Notes: generated from the letters alone by a model not told the origin. Numbered from the stretch's first letter, positions 18,094-27,058 are shown. The stretch is 52,725 nt of DNA from an uncultured Pseudomonadales bacterium (GCA_964583795.1 CAZOWX010000010.1:1-52725), one strand, 5' to 3'. Made by a program: numbers and translations.

Positions 18094-18711
18094 TTATCGT
18101 TTTTTCTTAAGTGGACGTACCGCTTCAGAAGGATCAATTGGGGGACCATCTTGCCCAACTTCGGTTTGGTCCGATAAAGCTGCAATTCTTGGCGCTCTTT
18201 CATCATTTTTTCTTTTTCTATGTAATACATGAACGTGTACTGCCTGATGTAATTTTGTCAGTACAACAGCACTATCGTAAGCTGGTGTGTCTGGATGGAT
18301 CTCTGAAATGTCAATTCCATATTGATACGATAACCGCCGTAATAATTCTCGCCCTTTTGTGGAATTTGCGTCTATTTTGAGTTCTTTAACAAAAATTGAA
18401 ATAATAATCTCGGCAGCTGTAGTCACTACTAGAGCTCCTCCAAGGAAAGGTTCAACACTATTAGTCAATACAAGTGAAGCAACAGCTATCAATTCAACAA
18501 CACTAGCCGTAGTGATTCCTGTCAACCAAGGAATCTGCTTAAGTCGATCTATGTGTTTGTTAAGTTCAGCGCGAAAAGTTTGCCAGTCTTTGCGGTCCCA
18601 GTCCACTCGTGCCTCAATGTCGCTAAGCCAAGCAGCCATGACTTCTTCATCATGGGTTGCTGGATCTACTTCACCAAAAGTGTATCTAACCATAACTTCA
18701 TTATATCGCAC
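18094..18711 (-). CDS. hypothetical membrane protein (two central TM helices, basic C-terminus)
   Basis: 205-aa ORF. No family recognised. The start may be the downstream M at residue 7. Confidence 0.5.
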   Translation of the reverse strand: MRYNEVMVRYTFGEVDPATHDEEVMAAWLSDIEARVDWDRKDWQTFRAELNKHIDRLKQIPWLTGITTASVVELIAVASLVLTNSVEPFLGGALVVTTAAEIIISIFVKELKIDANSTKGRELLRRLSYQYGIDISEIHPDTPAYDSAVVLTKLHQAVHVHVLHRKRKNDERAPRIAALSDQTEVGQDGPPIDPSEAVRPLKKKR

Positions 18712-18788
18712 ACATGCTGATTATTCAAGAATTGTATTGGTTAAAAACATTGATACATGTGTTAGAAACTGAATAAAGGGGTAAAATA

Positions 18789-21700
18789 TTACTTGAGCAT
18801 CTCTTTAACCTGTTTCTCTAACTGGTCAGTCCAGTTGACAGTGTAGGGTAAGATAACGCGTTTTGGCATATCTCCGTTGGGGATGATCAGGGTGACTTGA
18901 TGTTCACCTTCCGATGATTTGAGCAGACTTCCCAATTGTTGTAAGGTTGCTTTTTGAGTTTTTCTGGGGATAAAAATTTCATGCCGCAGCTCTTGGGGAA
19001 CTGCGTCCAACAAAGACTCTTCTGGTACCGTAATTTTTTCAGCAACCAGTTGTAACTCGTCATCGCGAGAATCAACTTTGGCTTTCAATAAAATCACGCT
19101 TTCGTTTTTTAAATATTTTTCAAAATCTTTGAATAACTTTGGGAACACCACAAATCGAATCTTGCCACTTTGATCGTTTAAAGTCCCAAAACACATCTTG
19201 TCTTGGTTCTTTTTGGTCAGTACCAACTTAAAATCAGTGATAAAACCGCCAAACAAAAAGATTTGTCCGACATGAATGTGAGCATCGAGATCGCCAATTA
19301 ATTTGGTGGCTTGGGCAGCAACATTTTTGAGTGCTTTCCCCATTGGATGGTCAGTTAAATATATGCCCAGTAGCTCTTTCTCAAATGACAACAACTCTTG
19401 TTTTGGATACTCAGGAAGTGAGGGAAATGTGTCTTTGACTTCACGCACGTCATTTTCTTGTCCCGCAAACAAAGTGTCTTGTCCCTCATCGTCTGACTGA
19501 AATTGTGTTGCTTTGGTGCGAATATCATCAAGTTGAATCAACATCGAAGATCGAGTGGCAAACTGATCAAAAGTTCCGACTTTTATCAAACTTTCAAGAA
19601 CTTTTTTGTTGACCTTTCGACTTTCCGTACGCATCAAAAACTCAGTGAACGAGCGAAACGGTCCATCGGCGCGTCGCTCAATGATATGTTCGATGGCAGC
19701 AACACCCACATTTTTTATGGCATGTAGACCAAAACGAATCGCATATCCATTGAGTGAATCCGCATTTTTTTCAATGGTAAAGTTGTTACTGGATTGGTTA
19801 ATGTCTGGTGGCAATACAAAAATTCCCAGCTCTTTGCATTCCTGAATACCTTGTTCGACTTTGAGTTCACGGTTGGCACTATTTGCATTGGCTTCTATCG
19901 ATAACATAGCACACATGTACTCAACTGGATAATTGGCTTTGAGCCACCCAGTTTGGTAGGCGATCATGGCATAACAGGCACTGTGCGCTTTTCCAAAACC
20001 ATACCCGGCAAATTTTTCGATGAATCCCCATACTTGATCAATGGTTTTTTGATTGTAATTGAGCTTTTTCGCTCCCTCGTCAAATTTCTTTTTCTCTGCT
20101 TTCATGATCTCAATCTTTTTCTTTCCGATTGCTCGGCGCAACTCATCAGCTTGTCCCAATGAGTAACCTGCCATGACGTTAGCTACCTGCATACATTGTT
20201 CTTGGTACAACAAAATACCGTAGGTATCTTTCAATACTGGTTTAAGATCGATATGAGGATATTCAATCGTGTCAGGCGATAGTTTCCCTTGGACAAATGA
20301 GTCAATCAGGTCCATTGGTCCGGGACGGTATAAAGCGACCATAGCGGTAAGATCGGAAAAGACCGAGGGGCGCAAATTGCGTGCTAGTCGACGCATGCCG
20401 GCAGACTCCATCTGAAAAATTCCAGTGGTTTGGCCTCTGGTAATCATGTCATACACTTTTTTATCATCGAGGGCGATACTTTGTAGATCAATTTCTTTTC
20501 CCGTAGTACTTTTAATAACTTTGATGGCCTCTTCAAGGATGGATAAATTGCGCAGTCCCAAGAAGTCCATTTTCAGCAGGCCAATTGCGTCAGGGCTAAC
20601 ATTCAAATCCAGGACTCTCATGTCATATTGGGTCACGATTTTGCCTGATTTACTATCTTTTTGAATTGGAGTGTACTGGGTGAGCGCTTCATCAGAAATA
20701 ATCACTCCGGCAGCGTGTACACTCGTGTGGCGTGCGTTACTCTCTACACCCATAGCGAGATCAATCAGTTTTTTATACTTTTTATCTTGGTAATACGTCG
20801 CGAGTTCAGGAACTTGTTTGAGCGCATCTTTGATGTGAACAGTGTGGCCTTGGTGTGGTTCGGGGATGAGCTTAGCGATGTGATCGGCTTCGGTGTACTC
20901 AAACCCCAATACCCGACCAATATCACGAATGGCTGCTTTACTTTCCATCCGACCAAAGGTGATGATTTGAGCGACTTTGTCAGCCCCATATTTCTGAGTG
21001 GTGTACGCAATGACTTCTTCACGTCGGGTATCAGCAAAGTCAATATCGATATCAGGAGTTGAAGCGCGCTCAGGATTCATGAACCGTTCAAATGGTAGGT
21101 CATGGACTATGGGATCGATCGAGGTGATATTGAGCGAAAATGACAAAATTGATCCTGCAGCACTGCCGCGACCTGGACCCACCGAGATACCATTTTGTTT
21201 TGACCAGTTGATGAAGTCTTGAACAATTAAAAAGTATGTTAAGTACCCTTTATCTGCAATAACATCAATTTCGTAGTTAAGGCGTTTGGCTACTTTAGTG
21301 ATCAAATCAGTCTCAGGATCAATTTCAGCCCATGGTTGGCCTTTTGCTGTTGTGGCATGAGCTGAAACACCTGGATAAAATTTTTCTAATCGAGAAAAAG
21401 CCATCTTACGAAGAAATGATTCCGTTGTCTCGCCTTCGGGAATGTCATAGTGGGGGAAGATGACTTTACCCAGCGGAATTTCTAAGTCACATTGGTTAGC
21501 AATCTTGATAGTATTTTCAAGTGCATCGGGGTATTTGGCGAATGCATTTTCCATCTCTTGTGTTGATTTGATATAAAAATCGGGTGAATCAAGCATGGTC
21601 ATTCGGTTCGTGTCAGTGACCAGTTTTCGTGTTTGGACACAAAGCAGAGCATCCTGAGCTTCAGCATCAGTTGCGTTGACATAGTGGTTATCATTGGTCG

Positions 21701-22304
21701 CCACGAGAGGAATACCCAGTTCACGACTGAGTTGAATTTGGAGTTTGGTGAGCTCTTTAAGTTCTTCTATGTTGGGGTGATCTTGAATTTCAATATAAAA
21801 CCGACCTTCAAATTTTTCAAAATAAAGTTGCAGTTTTTGTTTCGCTGCTTCGTACTGATTATTACGCAGCAAATTATTAAAAATACTATTCATGCAGCCA
21901 CTGGTAGCAATGACTCCCTTTGAGTGGGTGAATAAAACTTCTTCATCAATTCTTGGTTTATAGGAAAACCCTTCCAAATGCCCAATACTAGTGAGTCTCA
22001 TTAAATTTCGATACCCTTCTAAGTTCATTGCTAACAATGTGATGTGAAATTGATCTGAACCTGGGCGAGGTTGTTTATTGAGTCGTGACTCTTTGGACAT
22101 GTAGGCTTCCAATCCTACAATTGGCTTGATGCCCATTGCTCGAGCTTTGTTGTAAAAATGCACTGCTCCGTGCATGGCTCCATGATCAGTGAGTGCCAAG
22201 GCAGGTTGATTGAGTTCCTTGGCTTTTTCAAGCATGTCAGGTAACTTGCTCAGACCATCAAGCAGTGAGTACTCAGAGTGGTTATGAAGGTGAACGAATG
22301 ACAT
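18789..22304 (-). CDS. dnaE: DNA polymerase III alpha subunit
   Basis: PHP N-terminus MSFVHLHNHSEYSLLDG, then GPGRGSAAGS, PDIDIDF and the FGKAHSACYA blocks. The start is set at the ATG at 22304. Length is normal, so no intein. Confidence 0.97.
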   Translation of the reverse strand: MSFVHLHNHSEYSLLDGLSKLPDMLEKAKELNQPALALTDHGAMHGAVHFYNKARAMGIKPIVGLEAYMSKESRLNKQPRPGSDQFHITLLAMNLEGYRNLMRLTSIGHLEGFSYKPRIDEEVLFTHSKGVIATSGCMNSIFNNLLRNNQYEAAKQKLQLYFEKFEGRFYIEIQDHPNIEELKELTKLQIQLSRELGIPLVATNDNHYVNATDAEAQDALLCVQTRKLVTDTNRMTMLDSPDFYIKSTQEMENAFAKYPDALENTIKIANQCDLEIPLGKVIFPHYDIPEGETTESFLRKMAFSRLEKFYPGVSAHATTAKGQPWAEIDPETDLITKVAKRLNYEIDVIADKGYLTYFLIVQDFINWSKQNGISVGPGRGSAAGSILSFSLNITSIDPIVHDLPFERFMNPERASTPDIDIDFADTRREEVIAYTTQKYGADKVAQIITFGRMESKAAIRDIGRVLGFEYTEADHIAKLIPEPHQGHTVHIKDALKQVPELATYYQDKKYKKLIDLAMGVESNARHTSVHAAGVIISDEALTQYTPIQKDSKSGKIVTQYDMRVLDLNVSPDAIGLLKMDFLGLRNLSILEEAIKVIKSTTGKEIDLQSIALDDKKVYDMITRGQTTGIFQMESAGMRRLARNLRPSVFSDLTAMVALYRPGPMDLIDSFVQGKLSPDTIEYPHIDLKPVLKDTYGILLYQEQCMQVANVMAGYSLGQADELRRAIGKKKIEIMKAEKKKFDEGAKKLNYNQKTIDQVWGFIEKFAGYGFGKAHSACYAMIAYQTGWLKANYPVEYMCAMLSIEANANSANRELKVEQGIQECKELGIFVLPPDINQSSNNFTIEKNADSLNGYAIRFGLHAIKNVGVAAIEHIIERRADGPFRSFTEFLMRTESRKVNKKVLESLIKVGTFDQFATRSSMLIQLDDIRTKATQFQSDDEGQDTLFAGQENDVREVKDTFPSLPEYPKQELLSFEKELLGIYLTDHPMGKALKNVAAQATKLIGDLDAHIHVGQIFLFGGFITDFKLVLTKKNQDKMCFGTLNDQSGKIRFVVFPKLFKDFEKYLKNESVILLKAKVDSRDDELQLVAEKITVPEESLLDAVPQELRHEIFIPRKTQKATLQQLGSLLKSSEGEHQVTLIIPNGDMPKRVILPYTVNWTDQLEKQVKEMLK

Positions 22305-22358
22305 TGGCTGTAGTGTAATGAGAACTGGTAATAGTTGCAAGTTTCAAGATTTTTGGTT

Positions 22359-22393
22359 GCTACAAGCTTCAAGCTACAGGCTACAAGTGACAC
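22359..22393. repeat. 7-nt-phased tract, CTACAAG type (5 units)
   Basis: gctacaa gcttcaa gctacag gctacaa gtgacac. Confidence 0.8.
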
Positions 22394-22500
22394 AAGCTTT
22401 TCCTTTACAATCAGCGTCCCTTGTCAGTGAATATTGTCATTTTTAAATAAATTCCAATAAAGAAATAACGCTGAATCGACAGCAAGAAAAATAAAGAAGG

Positions 22501-22526
22501 CGTCATCCTGAACTCGTTTCAGGATC
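22501..22526 (+). repeat. CGTCATCC-hairpin repeat, TGAA-stem variant
   Basis: cgtcatcctgaa ctcg tttcaggatc. The stem is ATCCTGAA/TTCAGGAT. Confidence 0.8.
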
Positions 22527-22709
22527 TATACGCAGAAAACATGAAAAGTAGTTTCTCTTCTTCTGAAGAAGAGCCGGACTATCTGGTCGACAGGAGCATC
22601 TGTTAAGAATTTTTAAAAAAATCCTCCATGATTAAGAGATGAGTTTGCCAATAGAGACAAGATTTTAATACATAACTAATTACAATCTATCCGTCAACTA
22701 TCAGTTAAA

Positions 22710-24209
22710 CTAATTTGTTAATTGTTTTTCTAAAGTTGTCTTTACACTTTGTGGATCGACTTTCTTACCGAGCTTTCTCATCACCTGACCCATCAAAAAG
22801 CCAATGATTTGCGTTTTTCCAGCTTGATAGTCAGTGACGGCTTTTGGCTGTTCTTTAATAATAGAAGCAATAATTGTTTCAAGTTCACTCGTATCGACTG
22901 TATCAACGTGGGTAAATTCTTCAAATGTTTTGAGTAACTTGTCTGGACTCTCTAGCAACTGCGTTGCAAGTTTTTTGTTGACTAATAAATTAGCAAGTTT
23001 ATTGACATCTTGTTTGTTTTGCACAAAAAGTTGAGCGATAGCTTCGAACTGTTGCGTTTGAGTTGGAGTTACCGTGAGTACTTGCGCATAGCGTTTTTCA
23101 ACTTGATACTCTTTTCCCCATCGTTCAACGATCTGATCGGGAAGCTCTGGGAGTTGACTCTTGAGTTCATCAATTTGTTTTTGAGTGAACAGTATTGGAG
23201 GTAAATCAGGGTCAGGGAAGTAACGATAGTCTTCAGCATCTTCCTTTGACCGCTGGGAGAAAGTTTCGCTTTTTTTTTCATTCCAACCACGAGTTTCCTG
23301 CGTTGGTACTTCTCCTTTTGCAAGGATTTTTGATTGACGATCAATTTCAAATGCAACTGCCTTTTCTAGAAACCCAAACGAGTTGATATTCTTTACCTCA
23401 ACTTTATACTTGGGTAAATCTTCTTCAGTGAGACGCTTGTTGCTTGTGGCTTGTAGCTTGAAGCTATCCAAGAGCGAGATATTTGCCTCCAAGCGCAGGC
23501 TTCCCTGTTCCATGTTGCAATCAGAGATGTCCAGGAATCGCAAAATTTGACGCAGTTTTTTACCATACGCTTTTGCATGTGCTGCACTGTGGATGTCCGG
23601 TTCAGTTACAATTTCTACTAGTGGGACGCCTCCTCTATTGAAGTCAACGAGACTCACTTTTTGTTCTACAATTTTTTCAGTAGGTCCTGAATATTCATGT
23701 CTCAAATTTTTTGTATTTTCTTGTGGAGTTCGACTTGACTTTTCAGGATGACGGTTTGCAGAATTAACCGAGATAGTTTGATGAATCAATTTTCCAGTAT
23801 CTTCTTCCAAGTGAATACGGCGAATACGCACCGGCCCTTCTTCTGTCTCCAGAATGCCATGTTCACAAAACGGAATATCGTACTGACTAATCTGATAGCC
23901 TTTTGGCAAATCAGGGTAGAAGTAGTTTTTTCGATCAAACTTGGAAAACAAGTTGATTGTACAGTTGAGCGCCAGTCCTAACTTAATGGTCCACTCAATA
24001 GCCTTTTTATTGGCAACTGGCAGCGCTCCAGGCATGCCAAGACACACTGGGCATGTGTAGACATTCGGTTTCGGAGCGTGGAAGGGATCATTTTTACAAC
24101 CACAAAACATTTTGGAATTAGTCTTTAGTTCGGCATGAACTTCCATACCGATTATTGGGGTATAGATAATGGATGATGGATGATGGATGGATGACTTTTT
24201 ATTTTTCAT
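22710..24209 (-). CDS. gatB: Asp/Glu-tRNA amidotransferase subunit B
   Basis: IIGMEVHAEL.T.SKMFCGC, FDRKNYFYPDLPKGYQISQ, HLEEDTGK, VDFNRGGVPLVEIVTEPD, DYRYFPDPDLPP. Its start forms an ATGA overlap with the stop of the upstream four-helix-bundle gene. Confidence 0.95.
   Translation of the reverse strand: MKNKKSSIHHPSSIIYTPIIGMEVHAELKTNSKMFCGCKNDPFHAPKPNVYTCPVCLGMPGALPVANKKAIEWTIKLGLALNCTINLFSKFDRKNYFYPDLPKGYQISQYDIPFCEHGILETEEGPVRIRRIHLEEDTGKLIHQTISVNSANRHPEKSSRTPQENTKNLRHEYSGPTEKIVEQKVSLVDFNRGGVPLVEIVTEPDIHSAAHAKAYGKKLRQILRFLDISDCNMEQGSLRLEANISLLDSFKLQATSNKRLTEEDLPKYKVEVKNINSFGFLEKAVAFEIDRQSKILAKGEVPTQETRGWNEKKSETFSQRSKEDAEDYRYFPDPDLPPILFTQKQIDELKSQLPELPDQIVERWGKEYQVEKRYAQVLTVTPTQTQQFEAIAQLFVQNKQDVNKLANLLVNKKLATQLLESPDKLLKTFEEFTHVDTVDTSELETIIASIIKEQPKAVTDYQAGKTQIIGFLMGQVMRKLGKKVDPQSVKTTLEKQLTN
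23683..23754 (-). mobile_element. 72-bp palindromic-repeat copy inserted in frame within gatB
   Basis: The termini ggtcctgaa...ttcaggatgacgg match the repeat at 34805-34855 (gatcctgaa...ttcaggatgacgac). The segment encodes RHPEKSSRTPQENTKNLRHEYSGP, 24 codons. Confidence 0.6.
24161..24195. repeat. left arm of cassette 1 (7-nt-phased tract containing a 19-bp perfect IR arm at 24162-24180)
   Basis: tatagat aatggat gatggat gatggat ggatgac. It lies within gatB codons 5-16. Confidence 0.9.
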
Positions 24210-24574
24210 TTTTTTTCTAACTTAAACTTTCTAAAAGCTCTAATTCTTTTAATAAGTATTACAATTTCATTAATCAATTCATCGTTTCGAAGCAATTGCA
24301 TTTTCTGACAGAAGTATAATTGTGACAAACATTCATATGCCGAATTAATTGCGATTTTTATATATTTGGTTTCCTCTTTAATCGATTCGCAACCACTTCC
24401 CTCAGCTATATTGCTGGAAATTGATAAACTTGATCGATTCATCTGGTCCCCAATTGATTTTTTATGTTCAATTGAAAATCGTTGGGTTAAATTAAAAATT
24501 TTAACTGCAAAATCGAGTGAGTTTTGCCAAATTTCTAATTTTTCAAAAGGTGCTCCCATCGGTCCATCATCCAT
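24206..24574 (-). CDS. four-helix-bundle protein (23S rRNA intervening-sequence protein / Avd-like family)
   Basis: FEKLEIWQNSLDFAVKIF.L...F........DQM.RSS.SISSNIAEG.G..S.KE...Y..IA..S..E. The start is more likely M6 at 24559, which leaves the IR arm outside the ORF. Confidence 0.85.
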   Translation of the reverse strand: MDDGPMGAPFEKLEIWQNSLDFAVKIFNLTQRFSIEHKKSIGDQMNRSSLSISSNIAEGSGCESIKEETKYIKIAINSAYECLSQLYFCQKMQLLRNDELINEIVILIKRIRAFRKFKLEKK

Positions 24575-24595
24575 TATCTATGATCTATATATCTA
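24561..24595. repeat. right arm of cassette 1 (19-bp perfect IR arm at 24563-24581)
   Basis: ggtccat catccat tatctat gatctat atatcta. The segment tccatcatccattatctat is the reverse complement of 24162-24180. Confidence 0.9.
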
Positions 24596-24596
24596 A

Positions 24597-25100
24597 TTAG
24601 TATATTTTTATATTATCTTGAATATCTGAAATTGTGATATTTGATTTTGTATTTTTATTTTTGATATACGTTTCGATATCTTTTTTAATTCCTGGTATTG
24701 TCAGTAAATCGAGTGCTTCTTGTGGTGTGACCCAGCGAAACTCTGAATGCTCATGCGATAATGTTGGCTTTTCTATTTGTGTTTCGCAGATGAAAGTGAA
24801 GCCATATAGTTCGGCATCAACATGCTTACTTCCCCGATAAATGTGCCAAATTCGATTCAATTTTTTTACTTTTAAATCAGTAATTCCGGTTTCTTCAAAG
24901 ACTTCTCGCTTCAACGCCGTTGCCAGCTCTTCATGATGGTCGATACGACCATAAATCATTTCCCAACTGCCGTGATTCACTTCTGTTGTAGCGCGTTTAC
25001 CGAGCAGAATAGTATCTGTCCCTTTTAGCTCGATTATTGCCCCAACCCCGATCATGAATGAGCCGATTTTTCGAATTTGATCTCTCATACTGATATCCAT
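24597..25100 (-). CDS. NUDIX hydrolase
   Basis: Nudix box GRIDHHEELATALKREVFEETGI. Confidence 0.9.
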   Translation of the reverse strand: MDISMRDQIRKIGSFMIGVGAIIELKGTDTILLGKRATTEVNHGSWEMIYGRIDHHEELATALKREVFEETGITDLKVKKLNRIWHIYRGSKHVDAELYGFTFICETQIEKPTLSHEHSEFRWVTPQEALDLLTIPGIKKDIETYIKNKNTKSNITISDIQDNIKIY

Positions 25101-25163
25101 CTATTCTCTATAATCCCTCACCTATTATCTATACATCCATCTTCCTCCACTCATTCCACTGTG
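25101..25163. repeat. 7-nt-phased tract (9 units) spanning the gatA-nudix spacer and the last 11 gatA codons
   Basis: ctattct ctataat ccctcac ctattat ctataca tccatct tcctcca ctcattc cactgtg. Confidence 0.8.
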
Positions 25164-26526
25164 TAGCTTTCTCAAACGCATCGCCGACTTTAATCGCAAG
25201 ATCTTCACGAAACATGGGGGCCACGATGTTCATTCCCAAGTAGAGATTAGTTTTTTCATCTTTATAGCATGGGACGTTAACACCAGGTAGTCCGGTCATG
25301 GAGCTTGGTTCAACCAGCATGTCTTCGAGCTCTCCAAACATGACTTCGCCATCGGTGACGCCAATCTTTTTTGCAAATCCTGGTGATGTTAGAGAGACAA
25401 GGACATCATATTTTTTAAACAACTGTTCAAAATCTTGTCGGAATTGAGTGCGTACTTTTTGAGCGAGGACATAATACTTGTCAGCGTACCCTTTACTGAG
25501 TGTATACGTTCCAAGCAAAATTCTGCGCCGTGCTTCATCACCAAAAAAAGAACGATCATTGCCATAGCGTACCCCATCATAGCGAGCCAGATTACTACTG
25601 ACTTCACTGCGCTGAATGACAGTGTAAATGGCGATTGCGTACTTTGGGTCAAGCGCTTGTGCTAATTCAACCTTTGCTCCTAATCCCTCAAGCACTTTTA
25701 ATGCTTGTTCAAACTGTGGTTTGACAGATGTTAGACCTGGGATATCCATATACAGCACTCCAACTTTGAGACCTTTGATGTTTTGATTCAAAAATTGGGT
25801 GTAATCAGGGATACTTTGTGGTGATGAGGTCCCGTCAAAAGGATCGTGACCAGCAATGGTATTGAAAATAATAGTGGCATCTTCTACCGTCTTGGTCATT
25901 GGTCCAGGACTATCAAGTGAAGATCCCATGGCGACCACTCCGTAGCGGCTCACTCTTCCATAGGTGGGTTTGAGCCCAACAATGCCACACCAGGCGGCTG
26001 GTTGACGAATTGAACCTGCTGTTTCTGAGCCGATTGCTGCAATACACATATTGGCAGCAACTGCTGCCGCACTGCCTCCAGATGATCCTCCTGGAAGGTG
26101 TTCTGGATTACGTGGGTTGAGCGTACGTCCGTATTGAGAAGTTTCAGTGGATGATCCGTGTGCCCAAGCATCAAGGTTGGTTTTACCGATGATCAGTCCT
26201 CCTGCTTCTTTGACCCTTTTCGTAACGGTTGATTCGTATGGTGGAATAAAGGTATCAAGAACGGTAGATGATGCCGTTGTACGAAGTCCTTTGGTTAAGA
26301 AGTTATCTTTCACCGCAATAGGAATGCCGGCGAGAGGCTGCGTTTTCGTTGGAATGAGTGATTTCGACTTGATTGCTTGTTCATCAAGAGTCAAAAACAC
26401 ATTCAGTTTTTTATTTTCACTTTCAATGTTTTTCATTGCACTTTGCCACAATTCAGCAGCACTAAACGTTTTATCTTTTAGCCCCTGAAGTGCTTGTTTG
26501 AGAGTAAGGTGTGCAAGAGATGACAT
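25129..26526 (-). CDS. gatA: Asp/Glu-tRNA amidotransferase subunit A
   Basis: Amidase signature GGSSGGSAAAVAA....A.GSETAGSIRQPA..CG.VG.KPTYG. Confidence 0.96.
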   Translation of the reverse strand: MSSLAHLTLKQALQGLKDKTFSAAELWQSAMKNIESENKKLNVFLTLDEQAIKSKSLIPTKTQPLAGIPIAVKDNFLTKGLRTTASSTVLDTFIPPYESTVTKRVKEAGGLIIGKTNLDAWAHGSSTETSQYGRTLNPRNPEHLPGGSSGGSAAAVAANMCIAAIGSETAGSIRQPAAWCGIVGLKPTYGRVSRYGVVAMGSSLDSPGPMTKTVEDATIIFNTIAGHDPFDGTSSPQSIPDYTQFLNQNIKGLKVGVLYMDIPGLTSVKPQFEQALKVLEGLGAKVELAQALDPKYAIAIYTVIQRSEVSSNLARYDGVRYGNDRSFFGDEARRRILLGTYTLSKGYADKYYVLAQKVRTQFRQDFEQLFKKYDVLVSLTSPGFAKKIGVTDGEVMFGELEDMLVEPSSMTGLPGVNVPCYKDEKTNLYLGMNIVAPMFREDLAIKVGDAFEKATQWNEWRKMDV

Positions 26527-26534
26527 ACAGTTTC

Positions 26535-26828
26535 TTAGTCTTGATCAATAAGTTGCGGTACGACAAAGTACCCATTGTGAGTGTGCTTGGCGTTCATCAG
26601 TGCTTGTTCTTGAGTGAACATGCGCTGTTCATCAACGATATCTTCTCGAAGAACATTGGTGAGTCCAGTGACCTGATGTGTCGGTTCTACGCCACTTACA
26701 TCAAGCTGAGATAGAGAGTTCACAACGGACAAGGTTTCATCAAATGCTTTTTCCAGTGCTTTTTCTTCCGTAGTTGTGACCGGAATTTGAGCAAGCTTCG
26801 CAACGTGATGAACAATACCTGTTTTCAT
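26535..26828 (-). CDS. gatC: Asp/Glu-tRNA amidotransferase subunit C
   Basis: 97 aa immediately upstream of gatA. Contains V..VAKLA.I......E........L..V..L..LDV.GVEPT. Confidence 0.88.
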   Translation of the reverse strand: MKTGIVHHVAKLAQIPVTTTEEKALEKAFDETLSVVNSLSQLDVSGVEPTHQVTGLTNVLREDIVDEQRMFTQEQALMNAKHTHNGYFVVPQLIDQD

Positions 26829-27023
26829 AACAGTTCATTTTATCATTCTTCATCAAGATGAGAAGGTGAGATTGTGTGTCGTTCATGCTAAATGTTGATG
26901 ACCATTAAAATTGCCAGCACTGAGTAACACAGAATAAGCGCAACACTAGCAACGGTACACAAAGAAGAGGACATTACCTTTACTATACGAAGTTTTTTCT
27001 TGATGTGCAATGTGTGATTAACA

Positions 27024-27058
27024 GCTGCGAGCTTCAAGCGACAAGCTGCAGGCAACTT
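27024..27058. repeat. 7-nt-phased tract, CTACAAG-related (5 units)
   Basis: gctgcga gcttcaa gcgacaa gctgcag gcaactt. Confidence 0.75.

Noticed and set aside
18789-22304. Intein or other insertion in dnaE
   Set aside because: The length (about 1171 aa) and block order match canonical DnaE. There are no Cys/Ser...HN splice-junction pattern and no extra domain.
24206-24574. Diversity-generating retroelement, because the four-helix-bundle proteins are Avd-like
   Set aside because: The window has no reverse transcriptase ORF. I found no template/variable repeat pair with adenine-specific mismatches near either four-helix-bundle gene.
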